DNA of 64,000 bases from Vicinamibacterales bacterium (GCA_035575715.1 DATLXN010000006.1:6476-70475), one strand, 5' to 3'; counted from the stretch's first letter, positions 8,218 to 18,979 are shown. Numbers and translations are program-made. The notes: generated from the sequence alone by a model not told the origin.

Positions 8218-8560
8218 TCACCGTTTCGGTAAGCATCGTTACCGATGCCGGCGTGGATATGGAGACGTTGCCTGCGGATCGGGATCCCGCGTTGGCCCTT
8301 GCAGGTAAGGAGCCCTGCACCACTGCCAGTCGACCCGCCTCGGAGACTCGGGATCGCATTACCGGAGACGCAGCGATGGCTTTCTCCACCGAACCCAGGG
8401 AATCGGTGGCCGCGGTGGTGGCCGTCGTCATCGCTCGCGCGCTGACCGCGGGCCTTCCAGCTCGCGGTGAAACTGCCGCAGCTGCTGCGCCGGCTGCTGC
8501 TGACGACATGGGAATGAGCACTAACTCGTGCCACTGACCGAGTGCTTGGTAACCAGGCAT
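8108..8560 (-). CDS. Hypothetical Ala/Thr/Ser-rich protein overlapping the S8 ORF start
   Basis: ATG at 8560 is preceded by GAGG. The 150-aa ORF overlaps the S8 ORF by 110 nt in another frame, so it may be a separate gene or a frameshifted N-terminus of the S8 protein. Confidence 0.4.
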   Translation of the reverse strand: MPGYQALGQWHELVLIPMSSAAAGAAAAAVSPRAGRPAVSARAMTTATTAATDSLGSVEKAIAASPVMRSRVSEAGRLAVVQGSLPARANAGSRSAGNVSISTPASVTMLTETVIAEGLRQADLAAATNLWRSRGRRRPRWQGAAPRRFH

Positions 8561-8793
8561 CGTACACCTCTATCTGTCGGGCGTTCACAGGGCCGTGACC
8601 GCTTTCGCTCGTTCCGTCGCCCTTCAATTGGATTAGACGGCTCACCGGTTCAGATTCCGATTTGATTCCCGGCGCATCTGGACACGCCCTTGCAACCCGC
8701 TCCAGATCAGCACGCGATTATCGGCGGCAACAATTACCGCCTCGACATCGGGCAGCCGCTCAACCAACGCCATCCCGGCTACCACGCGCCAGA

Positions 8794-9930
8794 TCATCGA
8801 AAGATGCGGCTGAGAAAGCGATCGGTGTAGAGCAGGGCCAGCTGGCCGCTGACACCGGCCGGTAGCGCGTCAAAGGCGTGTTCGGCCCAGGGAATTTCCA
8901 GCAGTATCGACGAGGCGCCGGCAGACTGCAGCCGCTGATGCAGGTCGCGGCCGAAACGGGCCTCCACGATGTGATCGCGGGCGCCGTAAATCAGCAACGT
9001 CGGCGGCAGCGTCGACAGCACATAAGAAGTCGGCGACGCGTCCCGATACTGGTCCGCGACCACGTCAGGCGTCCCGCCGAGATACGCCTCGAGAACGCTG
9101 CGCACATTCAACGGATCGGGACGCGGCGGCGTCCGCCACCCTTCAGCCAGGTCGGCAGGGCCGTAATAGCTGACCACGCCCGCGACACCAGGCTCGCGTT
9201 GATACGCGGCGATCAGCGCCAGTTGCGCACCGGCAGAGCGGCCAATCAGCGCCATGCGGCTCGCATCGGCATCGTACTCGCCAGCGTGCTCTCGAACCCA
9301 CGACAGTCCAGCTCGCACATCGTCGCGTTGCGCGGGCCACTTCCACTGCGGCGCCTTACGGTAATCGAGCGCAAAGACCACGTAGCCGCGACCGGCAAAG
9401 TACTGCGCGAACGCCGCGTTATCGCCCGGCTGGCCCCGCTGCCACGCGCCGCCGTAAATCTGCACCAGCACCGGGTAACGTCCGGCGGCCATCGGGCGGT
9501 AGATATCCAGCCTCAGCGGCTGATTCGCGGGAGCGGCGAATGGCACGTCCCGGACGACGCGGACATCGCCGGCCGCGATGCCGCTAAAGAAGTCGCGCAC
9601 ATGAAATGCGCTGCGGGTGACGGCAGCGGATGGCGGGAGCTGCTGATCGAACTCGCGAATCGTGAATGGCAAATGGGCAAGCGGCCACGCACTGAGCGCA
9701 AACGCCGCAACGGATAAGACCAGCGTACTCCGCGCGAGCGTTCCACGACGGCCGCGCCACGCGACCAGCATCGTGACGAGCGACGCGACGAGCAGAAACG
9801 GACTCACCTCCGGAGCGCCGACCCCAAACGCCAGCAGCGTCAGGTTCGGCGCCGGCACCACAATCCACATCGCGCAAAAGGCCAGTGTGACCGCGACGAG
9901 CAGCAGCACAGTCTGGAAACTTGTTCTCAT
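8794..9930 (-). CDS. Membrane-anchored alpha/beta hydrolase (esterase/lipase-type)
   Basis: Three N-terminal hydrophobic helices followed by an alpha/beta-hydrolase core: YGGAWQRG, the nucleophile elbow GRSAGAQLA, and GARDHIV...AEHAFD. Confidence 0.8.
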   Translation of the reverse strand: MRTSFQTVLLLVAVTLAFCAMWIVVPAPNLTLLAFGVGAPEVSPFLLVASLVTMLVAWRGRRGTLARSTLVLSVAAFALSAWPLAHLPFTIREFDQQLPPSAAVTRSAFHVRDFFSGIAAGDVRVVRDVPFAAPANQPLRLDIYRPMAAGRYPVLVQIYGGAWQRGQPGDNAAFAQYFAGRGYVVFALDYRKAPQWKWPAQRDDVRAGLSWVREHAGEYDADASRMALIGRSAGAQLALIAAYQREPGVAGVVSYYGPADLAEGWRTPPRPDPLNVRSVLEAYLGGTPDVVADQYRDASPTSYVLSTLPPTLLIYGARDHIVEARFGRDLHQRLQSAGASSILLEIPWAEHAFDALPAGVSGQLALLYTDRFLSRIFR

Positions 9931-9964
9931 AAAATGGAAGAGGGCGGGAATTACCCCGCCCTCT
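9931..9964 (-). terminator. Rho-independent terminator after the PQQ dehydrogenase gene
   Basis: A 10-bp perfect stem, AGAGGGCGGG (9939-9948) with CCCGCCCTCT (9955-9964), and a 6-nt loop. On the minus strand it is followed by TTCCATTTT. Confidence 0.65.
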
Positions 9965-9992
9965 CGCGAACTAAGAACGAAGAACTAGGAAC

Positions 9993-10027
9993 TGATCCCT
10001 GATCCCTGATCCCTAATCCCTGATCCC
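9993..10027. repeat. Tandem heptamer array, 5 x TGATCCC (one unit is TAATCCC)
   Basis: Units at 9993, 10000, 10007, 10014 and 10021. The array lies between the PQQ dehydrogenase stop (10034) and its terminator. Confidence 0.9.
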
Positions 10028-10033
10028 TGCCTG

Positions 10034-12193
10034 TTACTGTCCCGCCCGCGTCGTTGGACGCGTTTCGGTCATCGGCACCGCGAACGAGATGAACTCGCCG
10101 GTGTAGTTGCCGCCGCTGACGGCGACAACAATGTACTGGCGGCCGTCGACTGAGTAGGTCATCGGGTGGCCGGTGATCTGCGCCGGCATGTGCACTTCAC
10201 CAACTTGCGCGCCCGTCTTCTTGTCATACGCACGCAGCATCGCGCCGCGCGTCGTGCGCGTCGGTGTCGTGCTGACGCTCGGGTCGCCGGCGATGACCAA
10301 CGTCTTGGTCACCAGCACACCGACGCTGCCGCTCTGTCCGGTCTTGCCGATGTTCATGCCCTTGAGCAGGGGATGGTTGCGAATGACGTCCGGCGTGTCG
10401 CCGTGCGGCACCTGCCACATCAGGTCACCCTTGTTGACGTCGATCGCGGCCATCACGCCGTACGGCGGTTTGACGATCGGGAGACCCTCCAGACCCTGCA
10501 CGAGCGCCGCCCGCCCCCTCAGTGGCGTGACCGGAGGACGAGCCGCGCCGGCGCCGCCCGGACCACCGGGTGCTCCCGGAGGCGGACCTTCGCGGCGCAT
10601 GCCGTAGTTTGGTTCGGCTTCCCAACGGGGAATGCGGTTCTTGCTCTGGTATTCAGGGCTGACGCGGTGGAATTCTTCTTCGTCGTACTTCGCGGAGGTC
10701 ACTGAGGCCATGCCGGCCTGGGTGTAAAACCAGCCGGTTTCGGGGTCAAAGCCGGACCCTGGCCAGTTGGTGCCACCCGCGGTGTTGGCGATGTTAATCG
10801 CCCCGAGCGACTTCGAGTTCGGGCCGACCGGCGGCACATACGGAATCTGCTCCCAGCGGAACAACTTGAGGTTCTCGAGCGCCTTGGCGCGCAGCGCCGG
10901 GGTGAAGTCGATCAGGTCATTTTCGGACACGTGCGTCCGCGCGTAGGGCGCGGGCTTGGTCGGGAACGGCTGCGTCTTCGCCGTCTTCTCACCGGGCATA
11001 TCGGTTTGCGGCACAGGCCGCTCTTCGATCGGCCAAATCGGCACGCCGGTGATGCGGTCAAAGCAGTAGAGCCAACCCTGCTTGGACGGAACCGCGACAA
11101 TCTTGCGCGGCTTGCCGTCGATGGTCACGTCCATCAACAGCGGCGCCGATGACATGTCGTGATCCCAGATCGGATGATGGACGAACTGGAAGTGCCACTT
11201 GCGCTGACCGGTCTTCAGGTCGACCGCGACGAGGCTCTCGGCATAGAGGTTGTCGCCGAGACGGTTGCCGCCGTATTCGTCGATGGTCGGCGTTTCCACT
11301 GGCAGGTAGGCGAGGCCGGCGACAGGGTCGGCGGTGATCTGGGTCCACACACCGGTGTTGCCGGTCCACGCCCAGGATCCGTTTTCCCACGTCTCATGAC
11401 CCGGCTGACCCGGTCCGGGCATCGTCTCGAACTTCCACACCATCTTGCCAGTGCGGACGTCATAGGCGCGCACGTTGCCCTTGGCGCCGGTGCTATAGAG
11501 ATAGCCCAGGCCTTCGAACATCGACGAGCCGATGATGACGATGTCGCCGACGACGGTCGGGGTCGAGTGCAGGCCGATTTCACCCTTTTCGAGATCGATC
11601 TGAACCTGTTTCCCATCCCGGCCCATCATGATGCCGACCTTGAGGTCGACGACCCCTTTGTCGGCGAAGTTCTGAATCGGCATGCCGGTCTTCGCGTTCA
11701 GCGCGACCAGGCGGAAGCCGGTTGTGACATAGAAGATACGCTCGTCGCCTTTGCCGTCGGTCCAGTAGGACACGCCTCGGCCGGACAGTTGACGCGGCGC
11801 CCAGCGGGTGGCGCGTTCGCCTTCGTCCATCGCGTACATCCACTTTTGCTCGCCGGTCTTGCCGTCAAGCGCGACCACGGCGCGGCGGGTGCCGGCCGTC
11901 GTGTACAACATGCCCTTGATGGCGAGCGGCGTGCCTTGCAGCTTGTTCTCGGGACGCGGACCGAGGTTGTCTGTCTTGAAACGCCACGCCACTTCCATCT
12001 TGCTGAAATTGCTGGCGTTCACCTGATCGAGGGGCGAATACTTGCTGCCCGTGTGGTCCGCCGTGTAATGCGTCCAGTCACCGTTCTTGGTGCTCGGCAT
12101 GTAGCCCTGGCCGGACACGCGCGGGCCAACCCACGCGAAGCCCGCCACGAGCAGTGCCACTGCGGGCACGACGCGTAAGGCGATGCGCTTCAT
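10034..12193 (-). CDS. PQQ-dependent dehydrogenase (quinoprotein, beta-propeller)
   Basis: ORF 10034..12598 trimmed to the ATG at 12193 (MKRIALRVVPAVALLVAGFAW, signal peptide, preceded by AGGAG). Quinoprotein repeats are present (WRFKTDNLGPRPENKLQGTPLAIKGMLYTTAG, VVALDGKTGEQKW, VAVDLKTGQRKWHFQFVHHPIWD). Confidence 0.85.
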   Translation of the reverse strand: MKRIALRVVPAVALLVAGFAWVGPRVSGQGYMPSTKNGDWTHYTADHTGSKYSPLDQVNASNFSKMEVAWRFKTDNLGPRPENKLQGTPLAIKGMLYTTAGTRRAVVALDGKTGEQKWMYAMDEGERATRWAPRQLSGRGVSYWTDGKGDERIFYVTTGFRLVALNAKTGMPIQNFADKGVVDLKVGIMMGRDGKQVQIDLEKGEIGLHSTPTVVGDIVIIGSSMFEGLGYLYSTGAKGNVRAYDVRTGKMVWKFETMPGPGQPGHETWENGSWAWTGNTGVWTQITADPVAGLAYLPVETPTIDEYGGNRLGDNLYAESLVAVDLKTGQRKWHFQFVHHPIWDHDMSSAPLLMDVTIDGKPRKIVAVPSKQGWLYCFDRITGVPIWPIEERPVPQTDMPGEKTAKTQPFPTKPAPYARTHVSENDLIDFTPALRAKALENLKLFRWEQIPYVPPVGPNSKSLGAINIANTAGGTNWPGSGFDPETGWFYTQAGMASVTSAKYDEEEFHRVSPEYQSKNRIPRWEAEPNYGMRREGPPPGAPGGPGGAGAARPPVTPLRGRAALVQGLEGLPIVKPPYGVMAAIDVNKGDLMWQVPHGDTPDVIRNHPLLKGMNIGKTGQSGSVGVLVTKTLVIAGDPSVSTTPTRTTRGAMLRAYDKKTGAQVGEVHMPAQITGHPMTYSVDGRQYIVVAVSGGNYTGEFISFAVPMTETRPTTRAGQ

Positions 12194-12341
12194 CCTTGTA
12201 CTCCTGACAAACCGACAAAGGGTGACGATCCGGACGAAAGCCCGCAGAGCGTCAGGCGAGCATAACGCGGATGGGCTGTTTCGAACGTCAAAGCTTGTCA
12301 CCGGCGGGTGGGTCGCTGGGTTAGCATTACTGCCCATTCCC

Positions 12342-13058
12342 ATGGCACACCAACCCCGCCTGCTCGTGCTGGTTTTGCTGGTCGTTTCGATCGGCCTGTT
12401 GATACCGGGTCTGGTCATGCCGGTTTTGACGATCCGCGGGGTCCTGACCCGCGACGGTGTCGCCAAAGTCGCGCCTCTGATGCTCGAAAAAGGCCTCAAC
12501 GACGACACGATGACCGCCCTCAAGTCGCTGCTCAATCCGGGGATGGTCGGGATGGTCCAGGCGATGGGCGGCGATTTGCGCAAGATGATTATCGACAAGC
12601 TCTCGCCGCAGCTGACCGCGTCGCTCCAGAAGGGCGTCGAAGACGTCGAGGTTTATCACCAGACGCGGAGCATCCTTGGGTCGGTGCAGAACCTGTACGA
12701 CGTCGGCAGTCCGATCCCGGCGACGTTGATCCTGCTGTTCAGCGTGATCGTCCCGTTCGGCAAAACCGTGCTCGTGGCCTGGGCGGTGTTCATGACCGAT
12801 GCGGCGCGGCGCGCGCGCACGCTCGGTTTCGTCGAGGCGATCGCCAAGTGGTCGATGGCTGATGTGTTTGTCGTCGCCTTGCTGATTGCGTATCTTGCCG
12901 CGCAAGCGACCCAAACGACGTCATTGGATGCCGGGAGCGCGCCCCTGCTCGCGTTCAAGGCAAGCTTTGGGCCCGGGTTCTATTGGTTTACCGCCTACTG
13001 TTTATTTTCGTTAGCTTCGCAGCAATACACCGTCCGCCGGTTTAGAGGAGTTTCGTGA
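12342..13058 (+). CDS. PqiA-like (paraquat-inducible protein A family) integral membrane protein
   Basis: ATG at 12342 (MAHQPRLLVLVLLVVSIGLL). Several TM segments and the motif AKWSMADVFVVALLIAYL, typical of PqiA domains. Confidence 0.55.
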   Translation: MAHQPRLLVLVLLVVSIGLLIPGLVMPVLTIRGVLTRDGVAKVAPLMLEKGLNDDTMTALKSLLNPGMVGMVQAMGGDLRKMIIDKLSPQLTASLQKGVEDVEVYHQTRSILGSVQNLYDVGSPIPATLILLFSVIVPFGKTVLVAWAVFMTDAARRARTLGFVEAIAKWSMADVFVVALLIAYLAAQATQTTSLDAGSAPLLAFKASFGPGFYWFTAYCLFSLASQQYTVRRFRGVS

Positions 13059-15634
13059 TGATCAAGCGATGCAGTTTATTCACCGTGGCCATCGTGGCGG
13101 TCATGCTGACCGTACCGTTGGCGGCACAGCAGCCGGCGCAGCGACCCGCCATGATGCCGTCGATCGACGACCGCACCAGCGGGATGAAAAAGATCGACGG
13201 TTACTTCCCGCTCTACTGGGACGACCGGACCGGATCGCTGTTTCTCGAAGTCTCGCGCTTCGATAGCGATTTTCTGTTTTCCACAGGGCTGTCCGCCGGG
13301 TTGGGCTCGAATGACATCGGCCTCGATCGCGGCCGCGGCGGCGCCGGACGGATTGTTCAATTCCAGCGGGTCGGGCCGCGCGTCATGTTGGTGCAGGGGA
13401 ATCAGTCATTCCGTTCGAGCAGCAAGAACGCGCTCGAGCGCAAATCGGTAGAAGAGTCGTTTGCCAAGTCGGTGCTGTGGGGCTTTACCGTCGCCGCTGA
13501 ATCGGGCACTCGCGTGCTGGTTGATGCCAGCGATTTCTTTCTGCGCGACATCACAGGCGCGGGCAGCTCGCTGCGTCCGGGCAACTACCGCGTCGACCGG
13601 ACACGCAGCGCGTTCTATCTCCCCAACACCAGGAACTTTCCCAAAAACACCGAAGTCGACGTCACGCTGACCTTCGTCAACGAACCGACCGGTGGCGGGG
13701 GTGGTGGTGGCGGCGGCCCGGTGCAGGGCCCGACGCCGATTGGTCTCGCGCCGACCGGGGGCGGCACTGGTGGGTTCGGCGGCGGCTTGTTCTCCGGCAG
13801 CGTCGGCAGCGTCACGCCGACGCCTGATGCGGTGACGATGCGCGAGCATGCGTCGTTGGTCGAATTGCCCGACGCCAACTTTACGCCGCGCGCCGACGAT
13901 CCGCGCGCCGGCTACGGCGGCATCACCTTCCTCGACTACAGCGCGCCGATCACCGAGCCGATGCAGATTCGCTACATCCGCAAGCATCGCCTGCAGAAGA
14001 AAGACCCGAATGCGCCGATCAGCGAACCGGTCAAGCCAATCCAGTACTGGGTTGATTCCGGGGCACCAGAAGATGTCAAGAAAGCGTTGATCGAAGGCGC
14101 GATGTGGTGGAACCAGGCGTTTGAAGCGGCCGGCTTCCGCAACGCGTTCAAGGTTGACGTTCTGCCGGACGGCGCCGACCCGATGGATATCCGCTACAAC
14201 ATGATCAACTGGGTTCACCGCTCGACGCGCGGCTGGAGTTCCGGCGGCAGCGTCACCGACCCGCGCACCGGCGAGATCATCAAGGCCACCGTCACGCTCG
14301 GTTCGCTGCGTGATCGCCAGGACTACATGATTTTCGAAGGCTTGCTCTCGCCCTACGTCAATGGCGACGAGCAGCCGGCGATTCTCTACGACACCGCGCT
14401 GGCGCGTATCCGCCAGCTCTCCGCGCACGAAGTCGGCCACACGCTTGGTCTCGGCCACAACTACTACAGCAGCGGCAAGGGCTGGATCTCGGTGATGGAC
14501 TATCCGCACCCGATGGAAGAACTCAAAGCCGATGGCACCATCGATCTGTCGCAGGCCTATCAGCCACGGATTGGCGAGTGGGATAAGGTCACGATCGATT
14601 ATGGCTACCGTGAGTTCCCGAAGGGCACCACTGAGCCGGCGGCGCTGCGCAAGATTCTCAGCGACGCGTGGGACGCCGACCTGCGCTACTTTACTAACCA
14701 GGACACCGACATTCATCCGCGCGCGGACCAGTGGTCGAATGGCGCCGATCAATCCGACGAGTTGACCCGGATGATGAAGGTCCGTCGCGCCGCACTCGAT
14801 CGCATTGGTGAACGGACCATCCGCACCGGCGCCCCGATGACCACCATCGAAGAGCCGCTGGTGCCAATCTTCATGCATCACCGCTACGCGGTCGAGAGCA
14901 CGTCATCTGCGATTGGCGGGCAGGATTTCGTCTACGCGATGCGTGGCGACGGCCAGACGCCAACTAGGTGGGAGTCGGCGGCGAACCAGCGAAAGGCGCT
15001 GGAGTCGCTGGCTGCGACACTCAAGCCGTCCGAGCTGACGGTGCCGCGCAAACTGCTCGAACTGATTCCGCCGCGTCCGCCCGGTTACGGCTTGCATCGC
15101 GAGTTGTTCGCGCGCACCACCGGCGAAGCGTTTGATCCGCTGGCGCCGGCAGCGATTGCCTCGGATGTCACCATCGGCTTCGTACTCCAGCCCGATCGCG
15201 CCTCACGGATGGTGGCGCAGAACGCCCTCGATCCGACGCTGCCTGGCCTGGGTGAAGTGATCGACCGCCTGACCAGGGCGACCTTCGATGCGCTGACGAC
15301 GTCCGCGTATGAAGCCGAAGTGCGTCGCGCCACGTCGCGAGTGCTGGTCGATCGCCTGACCTGGCTGGCGACCGTGGCCGCCAACCCGCAAGTCCGCGCG
15401 GTCGCGACCATGAAGTTGCAACGCCTCGCGACCCGGATGCGTGCGCCGAGGGCCAACGAAGCGGACGCGGCACAGCACGCGCTGATTGCGGCCGACATCA
15501 AACGGTTCCTGGAACGTCCGGGGGAAGTGGCGCGGATGCTGCCGGTCGCCGGCGCGCCGCCGGGAGCACCGATCGGGGACTTCGGGCAGATGTGGCTCGA
15601 AGCGCCGAATCGATGCTCGTGGCAGGAGCACTAA
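13058..15634 (+). CDS. Secreted zinc-dependent metalloprotease (DUF5117/DUF4953-type)
   Basis: ATG at 13058 (GTG at 13055 is also in frame), 7 nt after AGGAG. Signal peptide [25 protein letters not shown]. The HExxH site is [14 protein letters not shown]. The start overlaps the stop of the preceding gene. Confidence 0.85.
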   Translation: MIKRCSLFTVAIVAVMLTVPLAAQQPAQRPAMMPSIDDRTSGMKKIDGYFPLYWDDRTGSLFLEVSRFDSDFLFSTGLSAGLGSNDIGLDRGRGGAGRIVQFQRVGPRVMLVQGNQSFRSSSKNALERKSVEESFAKSVLWGFTVAAESGTRVLVDASDFFLRDITGAGSSLRPGNYRVDRTRSAFYLPNTRNFPKNTEVDVTLTFVNEPTGGGGGGGGGPVQGPTPIGLAPTGGGTGGFGGGLFSGSVGSVTPTPDAVTMREHASLVELPDANFTPRADDPRAGYGGITFLDYSAPITEPMQIRYIRKHRLQKKDPNAPISEPVKPIQYWVDSGAPEDVKKALIEGAMWWNQAFEAAGFRNAFKVDVLPDGADPMDIRYNMINWVHRSTRGWSSGGSVTDPRTGEIIKATVTLGSLRDRQDYMIFEGLLSPYVNGDEQPAILYDTALARIRQLSAHEVGHTLGLGHNYYSSGKGWISVMDYPHPMEELKADGTIDLSQAYQPRIGEWDKVTIDYGYREFPKGTTEPAALRKILSDAWDADLRYFTNQDTDIHPRADQWSNGADQSDELTRMMKVRRAALDRIGERTIRTGAPMTTIEEPLVPIFMHHRYAVESTSSAIGGQDFVYAMRGDGQTPTRWESAANQRKALESLAATLKPSELTVPRKLLELIPPRPPGYGLHRELFARTTGEAFDPLAPAAIASDVTIGFVLQPDRASRMVAQNALDPTLPGLGEVIDRLTRATFDALTTSAYEAEVRRATSRVLVDRLTWLATVAANPQVRAVATMKLQRLATRMRAPRANEADAAQHALIAADIKRFLERPGEVARMLPVAGAPPGAPIGDFGQMWLEAPNRCSWQEH

Positions 15635-16864
15635 TTACTTCTTAGGAACGATTTTCAGGAGCCGGGCGGTGGCGCTGTCGGTCAACACATACAGCGCGCC
15701 GTCCGGCCCTTGTCGCACGTCGCGGATCCGTTCCGGCTTGGGCTGCAGGTCCTTCAGCAACCGCTCCTCACCGACGATCTTCTCCCCATCCACAACCAGA
15801 CGCACTAAGTCAGTGGTCGCGTGACCACCGACAAAGAGGTTGCCCTTCCACGCCGGGAACAGGCTGCCGGTGTAGAACACCATGCCGCTCGGACCGATCA
15901 CCGGGTCCCAGTAGTAGAGCGGCTGCTCCATTCCTTCCTTCGCGGTGATGCCGCCAGTAATCGGGCCGCCGCGATACTCGATGCCGTAGGCAATCGTCGG
16001 CCAGCCGTAGTCCTTGCCCTTGCGGGCGATGTTGATCTCGTCACCGCCGCGCGTGCCGTGCTCGACTTCCCACAACTCGCCGGTGGTCGGGTGCATGGTC
16101 GCCGCTTGAATGTTGCGATGACCGATCGACCAGATCTCTGGCTTCACACCCGCCTTGCCGACAAACGGGTTGTCCTTGGGGATCGAGCCGTCGGCGTTGA
16201 TCCGCGCGATCTTGCCGATCAGGCTGTCCATGTTCTGCGACTGCATGCGGCCTTCGGTAATTGAGCGATCGCCTTGCGCAATGAACAGCGTGCCGTCGCG
16301 GCCGAAGTTCAGGCGGCAGCCGAAATGAAGGGGCGAGGCGAGCGACGGCGCCTGGTGATAGATCACCTGCACGGCGTCGACCTTCGGCGCGGCGCCGTCG
16401 ACGAACTTGCCGCGTGCGACGGCCGTGTTGTTGGCGCCGCCTTCGCGCGGCTCTGAGTAGCACCAATAGATCTGATTGTTCGCGGCGTAGTTGGGGTCGA
16501 GCACCACGTCGAGCAGGCCGCCCTGGGCGCGCCCGACAACTTCCGGCAAACCGGTCACCGGTTCCGACAACTTGCCGTCGGTTCCGACGACGCGGAGACG
16601 CCCCGGGCGTTCGGTGACCAGCATCTTGCCGCCCGGCAAAAACGCCAGGCTCCATGGATTGACCAGCCCTTCGGCGACCGTCACGACCTCGAACGCGACG
16701 TTTGATTTCTGTTCGGGTGCACGCGTCTGACCGGCCATTGCCGGCTTCTGATCCGGCGCATTGGGTGGACGCGGGTCGACCCCCCCCTGTTGCGCGCGTG
16801 CAACCGGGGTGGCCATCGTGCAAGCCACCAGAGTCAAAGCAGTGAGGAACGTCTTGGCTGTCAT
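15635..16864 (-). CDS. PQQ-dependent sugar dehydrogenase (soluble aldose/sorbosone dehydrogenase family)
   Basis: Signal peptide, then motifs [35 protein letters not shown] and [21 protein letters not shown]. Confidence 0.85.
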   Translation of the reverse strand: MTAKTFLTALTLVACTMATPVARAQQGGVDPRPPNAPDQKPAMAGQTRAPEQKSNVAFEVVTVAEGLVNPWSLAFLPGGKMLVTERPGRLRVVGTDGKLSEPVTGLPEVVGRAQGGLLDVVLDPNYAANNQIYWCYSEPREGGANNTAVARGKFVDGAAPKVDAVQVIYHQAPSLASPLHFGCRLNFGRDGTLFIAQGDRSITEGRMQSQNMDSLIGKIARINADGSIPKDNPFVGKAGVKPEIWSIGHRNIQAATMHPTTGELWEVEHGTRGGDEINIARKGKDYGWPTIAYGIEYRGGPITGGITAKEGMEQPLYYWDPVIGPSGMVFYTGSLFPAWKGNLFVGGHATTDLVRLVVDGEKIVGEERLLKDLQPKPERIRDVRQGPDGALYVLTDSATARLLKIVPKK

Positions 16865-16889
16865 CAGGTCAATATAGGATGAGGCTGCA

Positions 16890-17771
16890 CTGGACGTCTA
16901 TCTCATCGACGGAACCTACGAGCTCTTCCGGCACTATTTCGCCCTGCCGTCGGCCCGCGACCAGGCCGGCGTCGAGGTTGCCGCGGTGCGCGGCGTGGTC
17001 ACGTCCCTCCTCAATATGATCGGCAGCGGCAACACGTTTATCGGTGTCGCCACCGATCACGTCATCGAGTCCTTTCGCAATCGGATGTGGCGTGGTTATA
17101 AAACCAGCGCCGGCATCGACCCGCCACTGCTGGCGCAGTTCCCGATTCTCGAAGACGCGCTGATCGCCGCCGGGATCACGGTCTGGCCGATGATCGAATA
17201 CGAAGCCGATGACGCACTGGCCGCCGCGGCCGCCAAGGCCGCTGACGATCCACGGGTCGAACGTGTCGTGATCTGCACGCCGGACAAAGACCTCAGTCAA
17301 TGTGTGCGCGGCACCCGCGTCGTGCAGATGGATCGCCGCAAGCGCAGCATCCGCGACGAGGCCGGCGTGATCGCCAAGTTCGGGGTCCCGCCCGTCTCGA
17401 TTCCCGATTACCTGGCGTTGGTCGGCGATTCCGCTGATGGCTACCCCGGATTACCCGGCTGGGGCGCCAAATCCGCGGCAGCCGTGCTGGCGCGGTTTGG
17501 GCACCTCGAAGCCATCCCCAGTGACTCCCGCGAGTGGGGCGTCAATGCCGCAAGCCCTGCGAAGTTGGCCGCCACCCTCGTGCGCGACCGCGACCACGCG
17601 TTGCTGTTTCGCGATCTGGCGACCCTGCGGACCGACATGCCGTTGTTCGATTCGGTCGATGCGTTGCAATGGACCGGACCGACGCCGGGTTTTAAAGCAT
17701 TTTCGGCGCGCCTCACCGGAGCAACCGCTGGCGAGCCTGATGCGCGGCCGCGCCGCGCGGCAGATTACTGA
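16890..17771 (+). CDS. 5'-3' exonuclease / flap endonuclease (PIN + H3TH)
   Basis: The family similarity starts at [19 protein letters not shown], upstream of the listed ORF 16986..17771. Only CTG (16890) is available as an in-frame start after the TAG at 16875. An H3TH region is present ([25 protein letters not shown]). Confidence 0.75.
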   Translation: MDVYLIDGTYELFRHYFALPSARDQAGVEVAAVRGVVTSLLNMIGSGNTFIGVATDHVIESFRNRMWRGYKTSAGIDPPLLAQFPILEDALIAAGITVWPMIEYEADDALAAAAAKAADDPRVERVVICTPDKDLSQCVRGTRVVQMDRRKRSIRDEAGVIAKFGVPPVSIPDYLALVGDSADGYPGLPGWGAKSAAAVLARFGHLEAIPSDSREWGVNAASPAKLAATLVRDRDHALLFRDLATLRTDMPLFDSVDALQWTGPTPGFKAFSARLTGATAGEPDARPRRAADY

Positions 17772-18979
17772 CCGAAGCGCGGATTGACGATGCTCGCGAA
17801 ACGCGATCCGAATTGGTATCGGAAGCCGAATTCGACGCGCGTCTCGAAGCCGCTACTCAACTGACGCAACCGCAGCAGTACTTCTTCGGCGGTCGCGTCG
17901 CGTCGCGGCAGCGACAGGCGATCGCGAATGCGTGAGGCTGACGCTTCGAGCGACAGCGACAGGCCGCGCGCGACACGGATGTCCACCTCGGTATCGACGC
18001 TGACGCGATGGTTCGTGAATCCTGGAAAATAGTTGGACAGTTCGACGCGGCCTTCGACCGTGCCCCACGGCTCACGCTGTTCGTAGGTGCCGGACAGTTC
18101 CTGGCGGGCGCGGGTTTCCCTCAATTTCTCGAACAGCGTCTCTTCGAAGTAGCGCGTCTTCGATCCACCGAGGGAATACAGCACTCGCAGCTGGCGGCGG
18201 GTGTAAACCGAATAGGGGAAAAAGTTCCATTCCACCGCAGGCGCGACACGGATGTCGAGTTGGATATTGTCAAACGTCGATGACCGGACTCCGCCCCTCA
18301 GTCCTGCCGACCAGTGCTCGCCGAGCGCGCGCACACCAAGCCAGTTGACGCTGCGGTTGTTCCGCTCGACGGCCAATGGCTGGTCTTCGTCGAGATCGAA
18401 TTCCTGCCGCGATTGAAAGACGTTGGCACCGACCGTCAATTTCCACTCGGGGGTAATGCGGTCGGCACCGACAGAAACCCGCCAATGGCGATCGCGCTGC
18501 GACTCTTCCGCTCGCAACTGCGCGTTGCCGTTCAGGCTGAAAATCCACCGCTTCCACGGATCATGGTCGCCACTGACCGGCGCCGATGTGCTGCCGGACA
18601 GCTGTGCACTGACTTCGAGGTCGGCCGGCACTGATGTCGGCGCGACGTAGGCGAGTAAGCCGACCGTGAGCGCGCTCGCCAATGAGCGCCGAACCCGATC
18701 TTCAGAATCGGTGGACTCGGCCGTCACGGTCAGGGTGCGCGTCGTTGCGGTGAACGCGCCGAGGCCGATGAAGGAGAGCGTGTATTCCTGGCCGCGTGAA
18801 CCAGTTTGCGCGCGCGTGACCAGGACGTGGACGTCCGCATCCGCGCGGTCGCGCACGTATTCCACCAGTTCGACTCGATCGCGCAAATAATCGTCGAAGC
18901 AGTGGGTGCCACTGCAATCGAGGAAAACCTTGAGCAACGCCGCGTTGTTGCCGCCACAAGCATCTGATGATCTTTGCAC
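17765..18979 (-). CDS. Hypothetical protein with beta-barrel-like C-terminal region
   Basis: 404-aa ORF with alternating-polarity strands, ending ...[23 protein letters not shown]. No signal peptide fits before an upstream in-frame stop. Confidence 0.5.
   Translation of the reverse strand: MQRSSDACGGNNAALLKVFLDCSGTHCFDDYLRDRVELVEYVRDRADADVHVLVTRAQTGSRGQEYTLSFIGLGAFTATTRTLTVTAESTDSEDRVRRSLASALTVGLLAYVAPTSVPADLEVSAQLSGSTSAPVSGDHDPWKRWIFSLNGNAQLRAEESQRDRHWRVSVGADRITPEWKLTVGANVFQSRQEFDLDEDQPLAVERNNRSVNWLGVRALGEHWSAGLRGGVRSSTFDNIQLDIRVAPAVEWNFFPYSVYTRRQLRVLYSLGGSKTRYFEETLFEKLRETRARQELSGTYEQREPWGTVEGRVELSNYFPGFTNHRVSVDTEVDIRVARGLSLSLEASASRIRDRLSLPRRDATAEEVLLRLRQLSSGFETRVEFGFRYQFGSRFASIVNPRFGQ

Noticed and set aside
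13406-14881. 491-aa ORF on the minus strand
   Set aside because: It is antisense to the HExxH metalloprotease gene. It has the same GC-driven composition and no family resemblance.
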